Shown piece after piece: positions 26,501 to 39,100 of a stretch of DNA of 64,000 nucleotides. Below the pieces are notes generated by a model that was not told the origin of the DNA, ran no database searches, and was given only the letters and a program-made list of their open reading frames with translations. Each line of letters begins with the position of its first letter. The stretch's first letter is position 1. The stretch is from Monocercomonoides exilis PA203. Lineage: Eukaryota; Protista; Preaxostyla. Both the position numbers and the translations under genes were made by a program. The DNA lies in contig LSRY02000052.1 in assembly GCA_001643675.2 (NCBI GenBank), positions 62,001 to 126,000 of the forward strand, written 5' to 3'.

Positions 26501-29500
26501 CGATGGCTGCCACAGGGGATGTGTCCGTCGAATTGATCCACTTTTTGCTTCCTTCTTCATTTGATACCGAGATCGAAGCCTTGATATTCTTGTCTTCCGA
26601 GAGCAACCTGTCGCTGGCAAAGTGCGCATTTGAGATGCAGCAGGGCGAGGTCAGCCAGATAAGTTATTGGCTGTTTCAGATGTGTGGAGGGATACTCAAT
26701 ATCGACAGCTGCACCTTAAGTTCAGACTGCCTTCAGCACGCGCCCATAGCCGTGCGCGAGAGCGACACGAGCACTCAAGCAACAATCATTTCATTGAATG
26801 TGAAGAACACAGGCATTTGCGATCAGCCTCTCATCCATGTGATTCCATCGTCAACATCCAAACTATTGAACGGCGGCACAACGAGTGACGAGGTTATCTC
26901 TCTTTCGCAATGCTCTTTTGAAGAGATAACTAATGGAACTGCAAACAGCGCTGCTTTGATTTCATCTTCAATTTCAAGCCATGTTGAGTATCTGCATTGG
27001 AATATCACGAATGCCAAAGGCACCGAGAGCATGGAGGGAGGTGCAATGAAAATTATCGTTGAGGCACAAAGCCAGTTTGTGATGGAAAACGCAACGTTCA
27101 AGAAATCCTGTGCGAAATGTGAAACAAATGGAAAAGGAGGAGGTGTTTATTTCGACTGCTCTCTCTTAAATGTATTCTCATTCCCGCAGATTGCCTTCGA
27201 TCAGCGTTCCGCAAAACACGGGAGAAACATGTTCTTTCTTTCATCAGACCTGAATCCTTCCATTTCAAAGCAGACATTGGCATTTGAGGTCAGCGAGACA
27301 GCAAGAGATAAAAATCTATTCGTCGGGAGCGACTCCACGAAGACAAATTTCGATCTTTGTCGATTTCTGATTGAATATACATCTCAAGAAATCCATCTCA
27401 ACAAGAACAGTGTGTGGGATGTTCTCAGATGTGGCAGTGCAGAAGAGCCATGTGCATCAATAGAGTATGGGCAGAATCATCATTGTGCCTTGGAAGAGTC
27501 TGAGCAGCCAAATATGAACACTTTCGCGATTATCGATGAAGCTCAGATGAACTGCGAGATCGACGTTTCAAACGTCATTTTAACCTCTGCTGATACAGAG
27601 TCATGCTCAACTCTGACTTTCGGAGCAGCCATTTCACCTCAGGCAGGAAAGGAAGAAGAAAGCGATTCTGTGCTGACGAACAATGGAAAATTCTCCTTCT
27701 TGAACATTGACGTCTGCTGCGGGGATGGCTCTGAGTGGAAACAGACAAAACTCATAAGCACAGTTGGTAGCTCTTTTGCAGCTCATGGCTGCTCCTTCAC
27801 CAGCTCCTCCGAAACTTCCATTCCTTATTCCATCGTTGCCTGCCTATCTGGAACATGCGAAATATCATTCTGCTCGTTCCAATCTATCAAATGCAAAAGT
27901 CATATACCGATGGTATCACATGGCAGCAGCAGTGATTTGACAAACGCATCAATGGGTTTGATGGAGCTGATGGGAAAAAGTATTGTGACAGTGTTGGCAC
28001 AGGCTGAGTGGAGAGGCGAGTATCAGAGATTGAATGAAGGCGGCAGTACAACAGTGCAACTGAAATGCCGCACGCTCCATTCGCTTCTCCAAAATGCTCC
28101 ATCTGAGCCCTCCATCATCAGCTGCACTGGAAGCGAGCCTTGCCGCGTGTCTGTGCAAAACACGTCAACCAAGAATTGCGGAAGCAGCCAAAGCGAGAAA
28201 GGTGGATGAATGATCATGAAATTGAACGAAGGAGGATTTTTCGAGTGCCGTTTTTCGGCTGTGTCTGAGTGCTTCTGCTCGGTGACTGGAAGGGGAGGAG
28301 CATTATTTCTGGATTGCTTATCAATCAAAAGTGAAGGCTTGCTTCCTTTCCTGTTGAAAAACACTACGTTCATGGAGAACAATGCATTTGTTGGAAGAGA
28401 CGTGTATGTGAGATGCACAAATATCAAATCTCAAATCAGCATTAAGCTATTCCAGCTCGATTTCAGACCTCCCTTTGTCCGAGAATTTGCTATGTGGGGA
28501 TGTTCAGAACGGAATTATTATGATGAGCAAGATTTCTTGCTCCTTGTGATTGTGAATCAAAATGAGAAAATTTTTACATCTTCTTCATCAAACAATGCTT
28601 CCGATTCACGTCTGTGCGGTTCAATGAGCGAACCTTGCATTTCCATAAATGTTGCACCACCTCACAACATTCCATCTGTTTGCAGCTATTTTCTCATTGA
28701 TAAATGCACAATGGTATCTGGCGAAGAAAGAGCTCGTGATGTGACGATCAAGTTTCTGGAGTTGGAACGCGACAAAGGGGTGATCCACTTGAACTGTTGC
28801 ATCGAGAGCAAGACAGACAGTCTCGTCACGTGCTCGTCAAGAGTGAAACTGGAATTTCTTACAAATCTGTTTGAGACCGCTTTTTCTTCTCCGCATTTGA
28901 GGTTTGTGTCGCTTGCATACGGAGACCTGCTAATTACAAGCACAATATTTTCTCAAGAAGCTTCTGATGGAAACTCTGAAATTGAACTGAATTGCTCGAT
29001 TATTGAAATGAGTGGCGAAAGATTGGTGATGTCTGACTGCACTTTTACTCGCCTCTGTCTCAGTTCTTCATGCCTGGTTGCAAGTCGCGGGCAATATTTC
29101 TCGTGTGCATTTCTGAATTTCACAGATGTTATTTCTGGAGTGCTGATGGATTTCCACGATCTGGCAAAGTTGTCCATGCAGCAGGTGCAAGCGTCCAATT
29201 GCATCGCTCAGCGATCAGGCCTCATTCTTCGCAACTGCAAAGACTGCCAACTCCAGAACATTCAGATGAGAGGCACTCGGAGCGGATCAAACATGATTGT
29301 GTTTTCCTCAGATGGTTCGGGAGGGCATTCAAACACCCAATGCTATCATTTGGAATTCGATGATACTTGCGTTTCAAGTGAATCGTTGGTTTCTGTTGAA
29401 TGCCAAGATTCAGATGTTGAGATGAATTTCTTGGCTGTTTCAAACACAGTGCTTGGGGATGGGTGTGCAGTGAGCGTGACATCGAATGCTTCGACATTCC

Positions 29501-30328
29501 ATTTGAAGCAATCTTCATTTCAAAACATAACCAGAAATTCACTTGGCCCGTGCTGCTTGGCTGCTTCGTCTTCGTCTATGTTGCGGGAATTTGATAACTG
29601 CTCAAGCCACAAACGTATATCTTCCTCAGACAAAAGGAGCATCTCCTCTTTGTCTGGCTAATCCAATGCAAGTTTGACATCGTGTGCATTCGATGGAAAA
29701 ACTTTCCCACAACAGCCCAGATCCAACACATATTTATTCAAAGATTTGATCAAGTGGAATGGATCCATGATCGATCTTTCCAATTGTTCAGGAGCAATGA
29801 AAGCCATCTCAATCTCCAATTCATAAAAAGGAGGGTTATCTGTGTCAGGAAGAAGCATCTCCATTCAATTTGGATTGTTTGCCAATAACAGCCTGAATGT
29901 CGCATGCTATCCATACATAAGGATCAATATTGCCTGCTCTGGCCATGCGCTTCTGAATATTCAAAGCCCGAAAGACGGGGATGACTTTCTTCCGAACTTC
30001 GATGTGGATTGCAGACGACGGTTACACCTTCGAAGGCTTGGCTTCAGATAGAGCATCAATGCTCTTCATTCCGCAGCTGGCTTCAGTGAAGTCTCACCAG
30101 CAAGGCAACGCCCTTGCGATTGATCTTGCTGGCTCCTTGCTCCTGCCCTGTGGCTTGTCCCTCCAGGTTGACTTATTCGATGGCTCGGTTCACAATCTCC
30201 AGGTGTATCATCTGCAAGCAGAAAAGTTTGCAGGAGAAACAGAGATTCACACAGCCATTCCAGCATCATTTTCAACAAGTGCATCTGATGCAGCAGAAGC
30301 AGGGTTTGTTATTTATCTGTTCACATGA
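23505..30328 (+). pseudogene. Decayed paralogue of the Cys-rich beta-helix surface receptor family, truncated before the TM/kinase part
   Basis: A chain of same-strand ORFs broken by frameshifts and in-frame stops. Blocks align with the 33642-41370 protein (CGSAEEPC vs CGSEQHPC; NAFVGRDVYVRC...FQLDFRP vs SAWKGRDVFVEC...FRLDLRP; GSLLLPCGL vs GALLLPCSL). Confidence 0.85.
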
Positions 30329-30330
30329 GT

Positions 30331-30331
<1 letters not shown>

Positions 30332-30390
<59 letters not shown>

Positions 30391-30413
30391 TTGTTGTTGT
30401 TGTTGTTGTTGTT
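30332..30413. repeat. Poly-T (58 nt) followed by (GTT)n microsatellite
   Basis: Read directly from the sequence. Confidence 0.95.
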
Positions 30414-30719
30414 TATTAATTTAATAAAAAGAGAACAAAATTTTCAGTCCCGGAGCGCATTTGCATAATAAGGAAAATAGATGGAAATTATTGAAATATT
30501 ATTAAACATTGCTTCTGACATTTTTTTTTTGTTTCCTTTGTATTAATAAAAGATTTGAATTTTCTTGATTTGATTATTTGATGGAAGACTCACTCGTATA
30601 TCAATTAGCTTTTTTATTTGGAAATTTTGAATGTTACCACAGTTAAAGCAATTAACTTATTAATATGTTTTTTCGAAAAAATTTTAAACATCGTAAACTC
30701 TTTCTTTTTTCTTTTTCAT

Positions 30720-30977
30720 GGGTGATTGTTTTAGAAATCATAACTTTTTTCGGTGTGTTTATTTTAATGAAAATACGTTGTCATTTACAAAACAATTTTC
30801 ATTCAAATTTTATATGTTTATTTATCGTTTCAAAAGCATAAGGTTAACTTGAAAAAAAAAAGATGAGACATCACAAAAAAGCTCTGTCACTTTTCAGGGC
30901 TCATTAATAAATATTCATAATTAAAATTCAAACCGAAAATTTTGACAAAAAAAATGAGATTTCAAAAATAATCACCC
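30720..30977. mobile_element. 258-bp MITE (family A) with ~20-bp TIRs
   Basis: Left end GGGTGATTGTTTTAGAAATC versus reverse complement of right end GGGTGATTATTTTTGAAATC (18/20). Related copies lie at 211-463 and from 63780. Confidence 0.75.
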
Positions 30978-31834
30978 ACATTTCTTTTCATTTTGCTTGT
31001 TTAATGAAATTTTCAATTATTTTCTTTACAATAAATGTTGAGAATTTTTGTTGTTACTAATTTAATTTTCATTTCAGATCTGGGTTAAATTTTTTTGTTC
31101 ATTGAATTTTGTTCCTCTCAATTGAATCTTATATGGTGTTTATTTTTGATACAAAAACTTTTTTCGGGGTATTTATTTTTCATAAGTTTTATTTATCAAA
31201 AATTTTTAGCAAAGTTCCTTTTGTTTATTTTTCTAATGAAATGAAAATTACATTTTTCGATCAAATTTCTGTACCATCTCATCAAAAATTTCAATCATGA
31301 AAGAAAATCTTTGACAATGTAATTGTTTCTATTTGAGCGAAGAATCATGAGTGGGAAGAGAAATTTGATGAAAATTAGAAATATTTGTTGAATTTGAAAA
31401 TTTAACAAAAGTGATTTTTAAAAAATATTCAGACATTTCTTTGGAGAAGAATTATTCATTCGAATGAATAAAATCTTGAAAATTGTCAAAAATGACAATG
31501 CTTGAGATTTCAATCATGTTGAAATTATTGTTGAAAGGAGGTCTAACTTTTCATTATTCATTTGTCAAATTTCAAAGTGATTTCTCTAACCGAAATCTTC
31601 GATTGAAAAATTTATAATTCAGAAATAATGTTCGTTGAACATTATTTTTGTGTAAATGAATGGAAGACTTTTGATGATGCGATATAGAAATGTTTGGAAC
31701 AAATTGTTGCATTTTTCATTCGTTCAAAAAATTTGCACCACATAAAAAGGAAGACTCATTTGAGTATCATTATTTTTGAGTTCTGAATTCATCTCAAGGT
31801 TTTCAATCTGTTTTTTCCTTTTCGCAAAATATTG

Positions 31835-33137
31835 GGCATGACTTCCGATCACGGCATCCTTTTTGATCAAACACTTTATTAAATATCAAAATATGATGTT
31901 ATCTTATTTTTTCAATGAACTTTGAAATGAAAATTTTCGTTCCAACAAATAACAGCTCAAAAAATAAAACTGAATCAGATCCTTCCCAACTGGAAGCTTT
32001 TTCTCCATTATCTTCCGTTTTTTTCTCAATCGAATGAATTGTTGCATCTGTTTCATCTGTTCCAACGGATGAAATGCTGCTCGTTGCTGTTTCAGTTTCA
32101 TCTTCACTTTTTTCGTAAACTTCATCGTATGTTTTCTCGTATCTCTCTGGATAATATTCAAAAACAATTTTAAATAACTTCTGGATTGAAACTTTTTCTT
32201 TTCTTTTTTTCAATATTAATGCAGCAATGGAATCTTCAATATGACGCAAACTAGTTCCATTTGGTGGCAAATACCTTCTTAACCTACTCCAGACAGCTTC
32301 GATGTTATTTGCTTGACAATTTGTTGTTTTATTTTTAAATTCCTTGCTATGATCAACTGTTTCGTGCACAAAACCTAGCACTAGCAATTTTGAGTAGGCT
32401 TTCCAACAATCGGAATATATCATTGTCCCAGGCTCAACGGTTTTTGTGATTATTTTAAGAAGAGTTTTTGAATCCCTTTTTTTCACTGGAATAATAAATG
32501 TTTTGTTTCCCAAAGGATTTCTTTCATAGATTCTAAATATCCAAACATGTTTTTTGAATCTGCCCCAATGACACTTCCTTTTCCGTAACAAGCACTCATC
32601 CAATTCGACAACCTTTCCAACACCTCCTAATTTTTCTTTTTTCGAGTAGAATTCTGAATAACAAGTTTTCCGGCAAATTGCAAAAATTTCCCCCTTTATT
32701 TTTTCACAAAGACCTGCAAGAGATCTGGACTGAAGCTGCTGCAAGCCTAAATGAAATAATAAAATAGTTTGTAATATGAGTTCAATTTTTGCTTTTGTGT
32801 GGTAAAAAGGAGTATTTATTAAAATAGAATTATTGTATTTGTATTTTCAACAATGATAGACAATTCTTCCCGTTGGATATGCGTAGAAATACATATCTTC
32901 GTTGCATAGTGAGCATTTCTTTGAATTGGAAATATGTTTTATGATCGAATAACCAGTGCAAACTGCTTTCACTGTTGCTGAATGTTTCGAATAAGATATG
33001 AGGAGAATTTATTTCAATTGAAATTTCCTCAATTTCCATTATTCTGAACAAATTAGTGAAACAAAAAATTCAATTTGAATTTTTTAATTATGTTTTTGGA
33101 ACAGATCAAAAAGGATTCCATGATCGAAGGTCATACC
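31835..33137 (-). mobile_element. Merlin (IS1595/ISXO2-like DDE) DNA transposon, full length but with a disrupted transposase
   Basis: 34-bp TIRs at 31835-31868 and 33104-33137 (29/34, GG termini). The transposase has LGGVGKVVELDEC, IYSDCWKAY, HETVDHS and NNIEAVW (D,D,E). The N-terminal Zn-ribbon part (KCSLC..YHC) carries a frameshift and a stop. Confidence 0.9.
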
Positions 33138-36100
33138 TATTATTAGAATTCAATGAAATTAAGAATCTCACATTTCAAAAAGAAAGGAATAAAAAGAAGC
33201 ACTTCAATTTTTTTTAACCATGAACTCATTTGATTCAGAATATTTCTAAATTCAATTTCTTTTTGAGAAACTTTTTTTGGAAAACTTTTGGAGATTGAAT
33301 GACAATTTCACTTTCACTCTTTGAATAGAAGCTGCATTCGTAATTCAATGTGTTTCATGAAACAATTTTAGATTTTTCAAAAGGAATGACAACTCAAAAT
33401 AATATTTATCGAAAACATTTAAGGCAAATTCAAAATTGAATTTTCAGTGAAAAAACAAAAAACCTCAAACAAAAAGTGTTTTTTTTAGATAGAAAAATTG
33501 TTTATCAATTGTGAAAAAAAGGAACCAAAAAATCAAAGAACAGGAAAAATATGAATAATGCTTTGTTTTCATTAATTCCATAAAAAGCAAATGCACAAAC
33601 ATAAAAAATACGAATATTACGATCAATCCATTCAGCCAAACATGTTTCTGTTTTTTCTGCTGGCACTCTCGGAAGGCGGGGTGTGCAGCTGTGCCATCGA
33701 TTTCGCTGCCCATGCACACAGAACAGCCGTCAGAAACAGTGCCAAAGGCAGAACATCGCTTGGTGTGCAAACCCACTTTTCGTTTCTCTTCATTCGTTTT
33801 GTCCCATGAAACAACGCTCCCTTGCTCAGCAGACCCCCATGCACAACGCGAAGAAGGAATCAGCAGAGTCGAGGGTGAAAGCATGCATCGCGAATCGTGG
33901 GTGTGTTTGCGCAACGCCTCGCTGTGTGTGAACAGCCTGCACTTGAGCAGCAGGTGTGCTGGCCACATGGTTCTGGCTGACATCTGCTCAGACATCACCA
34001 TCCAGAGCTGTCTTCTCGCTGCCACAGGGATGGGCACGGACTCTTCGTTTGTTGTCTCTGGAGGCGGGTCGCACATTGTGAACATCACCCTTCCAGCCAC
34101 ATCCACCACCTGCCGCCTCCCTTCCCTTCTGGCGCCAATGGGCCAGCAGCCAGCTGCCCCGATGCCTGGCAAAGCGGCTGCTGTTTCCTCGTGCTCGTTT
34201 GCTGCTTTTGAGCTTTCCTCGTCTTCCCCGTTCATCAGCGCCAACAATGGGCAGTCGTGCTTTGTGGATGGGTGCTCGTTCAGCAACATAACAGGGTGTG
34301 CATCTGCCACCACATGCGCTGTCTGCTCTGGTGCACACGAGCACATGGCCAGCACCCGAGTCGAGGGTGTGGCATCTCCCATGCAGGGCACGCTCGTGTG
34401 GGGCACCCAGAATCACGGAGGGTTTTGTGTGGCAAACACCTCCTTTGTCAGATGCACAACCAAGCACATCCAGCCTGAGCGTGTGGAAACATCAGGCAGC
34501 GAGCCAATCTCCTTCACCAACACCCTCTTTGATTCGTTTTCGGGATATGATGGAGGTGCAATTCTTCACTCGGTCAACTGCACCCTTTCCATCACCGAGT
34601 GTGATTTTGTTCGTTGTTCATGCGAAAATTATGGAGGAGCAATACAAATTTCAAGCAACGTGACAACACAAACAATCATCAACTCATCACGAGGAATTGA
34701 ATGTTCGTCACAAGGTTATGCAGGTTTTCTGTTCAGCGACTACAACCTTGGCTTGGTTGTTTCACAGTGCAATTTCTCGTTGTGTGAGTGTGTGAAAACT
34801 GGCGGATGCCTGTATCTCAACAGAGTTCCCAAAAATGTGATGATATCACAATGCGAGATTTTGTCATGCACAGAGACACAAGGGATGCCATCTCTTTCGG
34901 GAGGAGGGATTCTGATTGGGGATGGAACAAACATCACCATCACCGACTGCAAACTTTTCAACTGTACCGCAGCATATGGAGGAGGAATCGACTTCTGTGG
35001 GGATGGGAACTATGGTGGAGCATGGACTGCGAGTGTGCGCTTCTGCTATTTCGAGCTGAACACAGCACGGCTGGGTGCAAAGGATATCTCGTTTCGGAAG
35101 AACTGGGTGGGGAAGGTGAGTGCAGGGATGGTGGTGGAGTGCCGGTCGATGAGCAGCGGAGGCAGGCTGGTGATGATCGGAGAGGATGATGTGAGCAGCG
35201 AGTGGATCTGGACCGGGTTCTTTGAGGGGATCAGGGTGAGTGGAGCAGAGGGGATCGACCACCAGGCATGTGGCCTGAACCAGCGAAAGTGCAGGACACT
35301 CGCATATGCTGTCAGCGTGGTCGACAGCACAAGAACCGCACCCTCCCTCGTCTCGGTCGACTCCTCCACATACGTGGAGACGAACTGTGTGTGCGGCACA
35401 GCCCACATCGAGCTTGCAAAATCGGGGAGCGGGGAGGAGGTGGTGGTGGTCTCGTCGATATCGGATGGCTCGCTGTTTTCGGTCTCCACCGGCTCTCTGA
35501 AGCTCACCTCCTTCGGCATCCTCCACAACACTGCAAAGTCCTCTCCAGCCACCTCGCTGTTTGCCCTCACCTCCACTGGCACGCTCCAGCTCCACAACTG
35601 CAGCATATCGCCCGACCCCGACCACTCGGCAGACACCCCGCTTCGCAGCCCGCTTTTCACCCTGTGCGGAGGAAGCACACTCATCAACACAACCACCCTC
35701 GCCCACTTCTGGACACACTCAAGTGCAGCACTCGCCTTCACAAGCGAGTGCACCCTGAGTGTGATCCACTCGGCACTCTCGGGGGTGGCAAGGCTCAGCG
35801 GGGGCGGAGGAGGGATGGAAGGGTGTGTGGGAGGAGGCCACAGCCTGACGATTGAAGAAGCAGAGCTGAGCGGGTGCTGTGTCGACGAGAGCTCGTGTGC
35901 AGGCGGGGGTGTCTGGATGAAGCTGGACGAGGTCGATGTGGAGTATTTGGTGAAGAACACAGCATTCAGCGGGAACAGGGCGCAGATGGGGAGAGACGTG
36001 TTTGTTGTCACAGACAGCCCCCGCGATGCGCTGGTGAACGAGCGGTGGGCAGGATCGGTGAGGGAGGGGGAAGACGAGGTAGACAAGTGGGTGGTGGATG

Positions 36101-39100
36101 CAGAGGCAGACCCGCACATCAGCCGCTCGGTGCTGTATTTCTTGTTCCCGCCGCAGCTCCCCACAGTGCTTGTGAAGAGCGGCGGAAGCGCAGACCCGCG
36201 ATGTGGAGACGATCTGGACCCGTGCGGCGATGTAGTGTATGGGCTGGGCAGGATGCGGCCAGACCAGACAACCCTGTGCATCCTCGACTCGTGCGCCCTG
36301 CACGAGACCATGGGCCGGGGCGGGCTGTCGCTCACAATCTGCGGGCAGTCTGCAGCCAGCCCGTCCCTGTTCGTTCTGGGGGCGGACGGGCAGCTGACGG
36401 TGCAGACAGCTGGGACAGGCCCTGCCACGCTGGTGCTCTCCAGCCTCTGCTTCGATCTCCCGCCATCCTCTGCTGCTGGGCACATGGTCTCGGTCGAGGG
36501 AGGAGTGCTGAGCCTCAACGGGTGCTCGTTCGGGGGAGAGGCAGAGAGGAGGAGAGAAGCCGGCTTGTGGATTGCAAGAGGGCGCGGGGGTGCGGTGCGG
36601 CTGGCCAAGGTGCACATTGCGCATCTCTCGTTTCCGGCAGACAGCGGGGTTGTGTCGATGGATGGGGGGTCGGTGGAGGTGGCAGCATCAGACTGGACAT
36701 CCACCGAGGCAGAAGGGCCGCTGGTGTGTGCGGAGGGGTGCGAGAAGGCAGAGGTGGCAGATGGCTGCTGCTTCGACTGCTGCAGGTCAAGGGCGCCAGA
36801 GGGCGGGATCGTGAAGTGCACCCTCCTTGCTGCAGGCGCTCTGGTCCTGGCCAACTCCACCATCACAAACAGCGGCATCACAGGCGGCGGCGGGAGAGGC
36901 GGCGGCATCCATGCCTCGCTGCCTGAAGGGTCGACCAGCAACTACTTGGTGGAGGCCACCTCGTTCGGCAGCAACTGTGCCCAGTGCGGGAGGGACCTGT
37001 TCCTGGTGTGCGACGACCTCAACGACACCCTCTGCCCCTCCAAGTTCCTGATGCCACTTGCAACACCCAGCGGCGAGAAGTCAATCGACATGATGGGCTG
37101 CGACCGCCACCGCTTCCAGCAGCCGTCCCTCGATCTGTATCTGTTTTTGGTGCAGCGCCACGCCCCAGAAGTCTCCGTCGCCTCGACCGGATACGACATG
37201 GCAGGGTGCGGGAGCGAGCAGCACCCCTGCGCCACATTCTGGAAGGCGGTGGGCCAGCTCGACAGGAGCGTGGAGGCTGCAAGCCTGCTGGTCGGCGACT
37301 CAGCCACCCTGTGCAACTCGTTCGACCTGTCCAACTGCTCAGTGGCTGGCATGGCAGCACCGGCAGAACCAGAGTCAGATCCAGAGTCAGAGTCAGAGTC
37401 AGATCCAGAGTCTGGCGAGACCACACCAGCTGCAAAGCTTGTGCTGAAGAAGCCCGAGGCAGACTCGATGAGCAACGGGCTGGCCCGGAATTCGGGGCAC
37501 CTATCGTTTGCGAGTGTCTGCATGGTTCTCGACCACACGCTGGCCGATGCTGCGGGAATAGCGGTGTGCAGCGCAGCAGGAGAGCTGTGCATTGCCGGGT
37601 GTGTGCTGAGTGCAGGCACAGCAGGAGTGCGCTTCGCCGACCTCAAGTTTGTGGCAGTCCTCGGCGGGGCTCTGCATGTCACTGGGCTGGAGGCATCTGG
37701 GCTGAGCTTCGGGGAGGCGGTGTTTGAGTGGCAGAGGGGGTGCTCGTGCGTGCTGCAGAGCGTGGTGCTGGCAGACATCACAGCCAGCAGAGGGGTCATC
37801 CGGCAGCTCGGGGACGGGCCGCAGGGCAGGAACGAGGCACCGGCGCTCGAGGTGAACGGATCGTCGTTCGAGAGGGTGACAGCAGGGGGTGGGGAGGCGA
37901 GTGTGTTTGTGGACACGCCGGCCGGGTCGGCTGCGCTGCTGGTGAACGAGAGTGTGTTTGAGGCGTGCCGGTCAGACAGGTCGGAGAGGGGCGGGATGAT
38001 GCTGTTTGTGCTTGGGGAGGCGGGGGCGCTGGATGTGAGCAGCAGCAGGATCAGGGGGTGCCAGTGCTCGCAGGGAGCAGGGAAAGGGGGCGGGGTGTAT
38101 GTGAAGGCGGAGGGGCAGGGTGCGCTGGACTTTGTGTTCCGGGGGGTTGTGTTCAGCGGGAACAGCGCGTGGAAGGGCAGAGACGTCTTTGTGGAGTGCG
38201 TGTCCATCGCTGCCCAGATCAGCGAGTCCCAGTTCCGCCTTGACCTGCGGCCAGACGTGTACAACCGCTTCGACGCCATCTTCGGCAGCGACGCCACACA
38301 CGCTGCGCCTGTCGATCTGATGGACTATGTGACGATCTACCAGCAGAGCACCATTGTGGTGTCCACGCAGCCCGGCAGCGGCGGAGCAGACGGGCGGCAG
38401 TGCGGGAAGGTGGATGCGCCCTGCCGCACAGTCCCCCACGCCCTCCAGCACCTCATCGCCGACTGTGCCTCGCGCCTCCTCATCCGCACCTCCAGCACCA
38501 TCGACACCCAGTGCAGCTTCGCCAACCTCGAGGTCAACTCCGTGGCCAGAGCCATGGCCAGCGTGAGCATCGCCCCTCGCCTGCCCCCCACGCAGCACAC
38601 GCAGCAGAGCGTGGTGTGTGTGAGCGGCCGGGTGGTTGTGGAGAACGTGTGCTTTGCCCTCCCGGCCGACCTCCCCTCGCACTCCTCGCTTGTGTGTGCC
38701 GATCGCTCGGCCAACGCCTCGTTTGTGGGGTGCGAGTTCCGAGGAGAGGGAGGAGAGGGAGGAGAGGGAGGAGCAGGCGGGACAGGCAGTAGCGCCTCCC
38801 TCCCGACCCTTCTGTTGTGTGCCGAGAGCGAGGTGCGGCTGGAGGAGGTGCGTGTGGACAGCGTGAGGTGCACATCGATTGTGCAGTGCACAGAAGGGAG
38901 GGTGGCGGTGCGCCGACTGGTGGTGCAGGCAGTCAGCACCACCCGATGCGCACTCATGATGGCCGATGCCTGCAGCTCGGCAGAGGGGCTCGAGGCATCA
39001 GACTGCGCCATCGAGCACGGGTCGTTTGTGGAGGTGGCCAACAGCGGCGGGGCAGAGGCGGACGGAGCAGACAGACGCTCCTTTGCATGCTCCCTGGCCA

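Noticed and set aside
23505-30328. Stop-codon reassignment or readthrough (in-frame TGA at ~25783 and ~28207)
   Set aside because: The region also has multiple frameshifts. The TGAs are one step from GGA/TGC, and TGA, TAA and TAG all end intact genes in this window.
31827-33145. TSD for Merlin copy 1, and an active transposase
   Set aside because: Flanks AAATATTG and TATTATTA match only 5/8. The N-terminal part has a frameshift and a stop, so ORF 31899-32744 is a partial relic.
33780-35350. DGR-like adenine-directed mutagenesis: by eye about 19 of 28 inter-copy differences involve A, and some codons fit an AAT template (TAT/GAT, TAT/GTT)
   Set aside because: There is no reverse transcriptase or template repeat in the window, several differences are C/T, G/T or C/G, and the sample is too small to separate from ordinary divergence.
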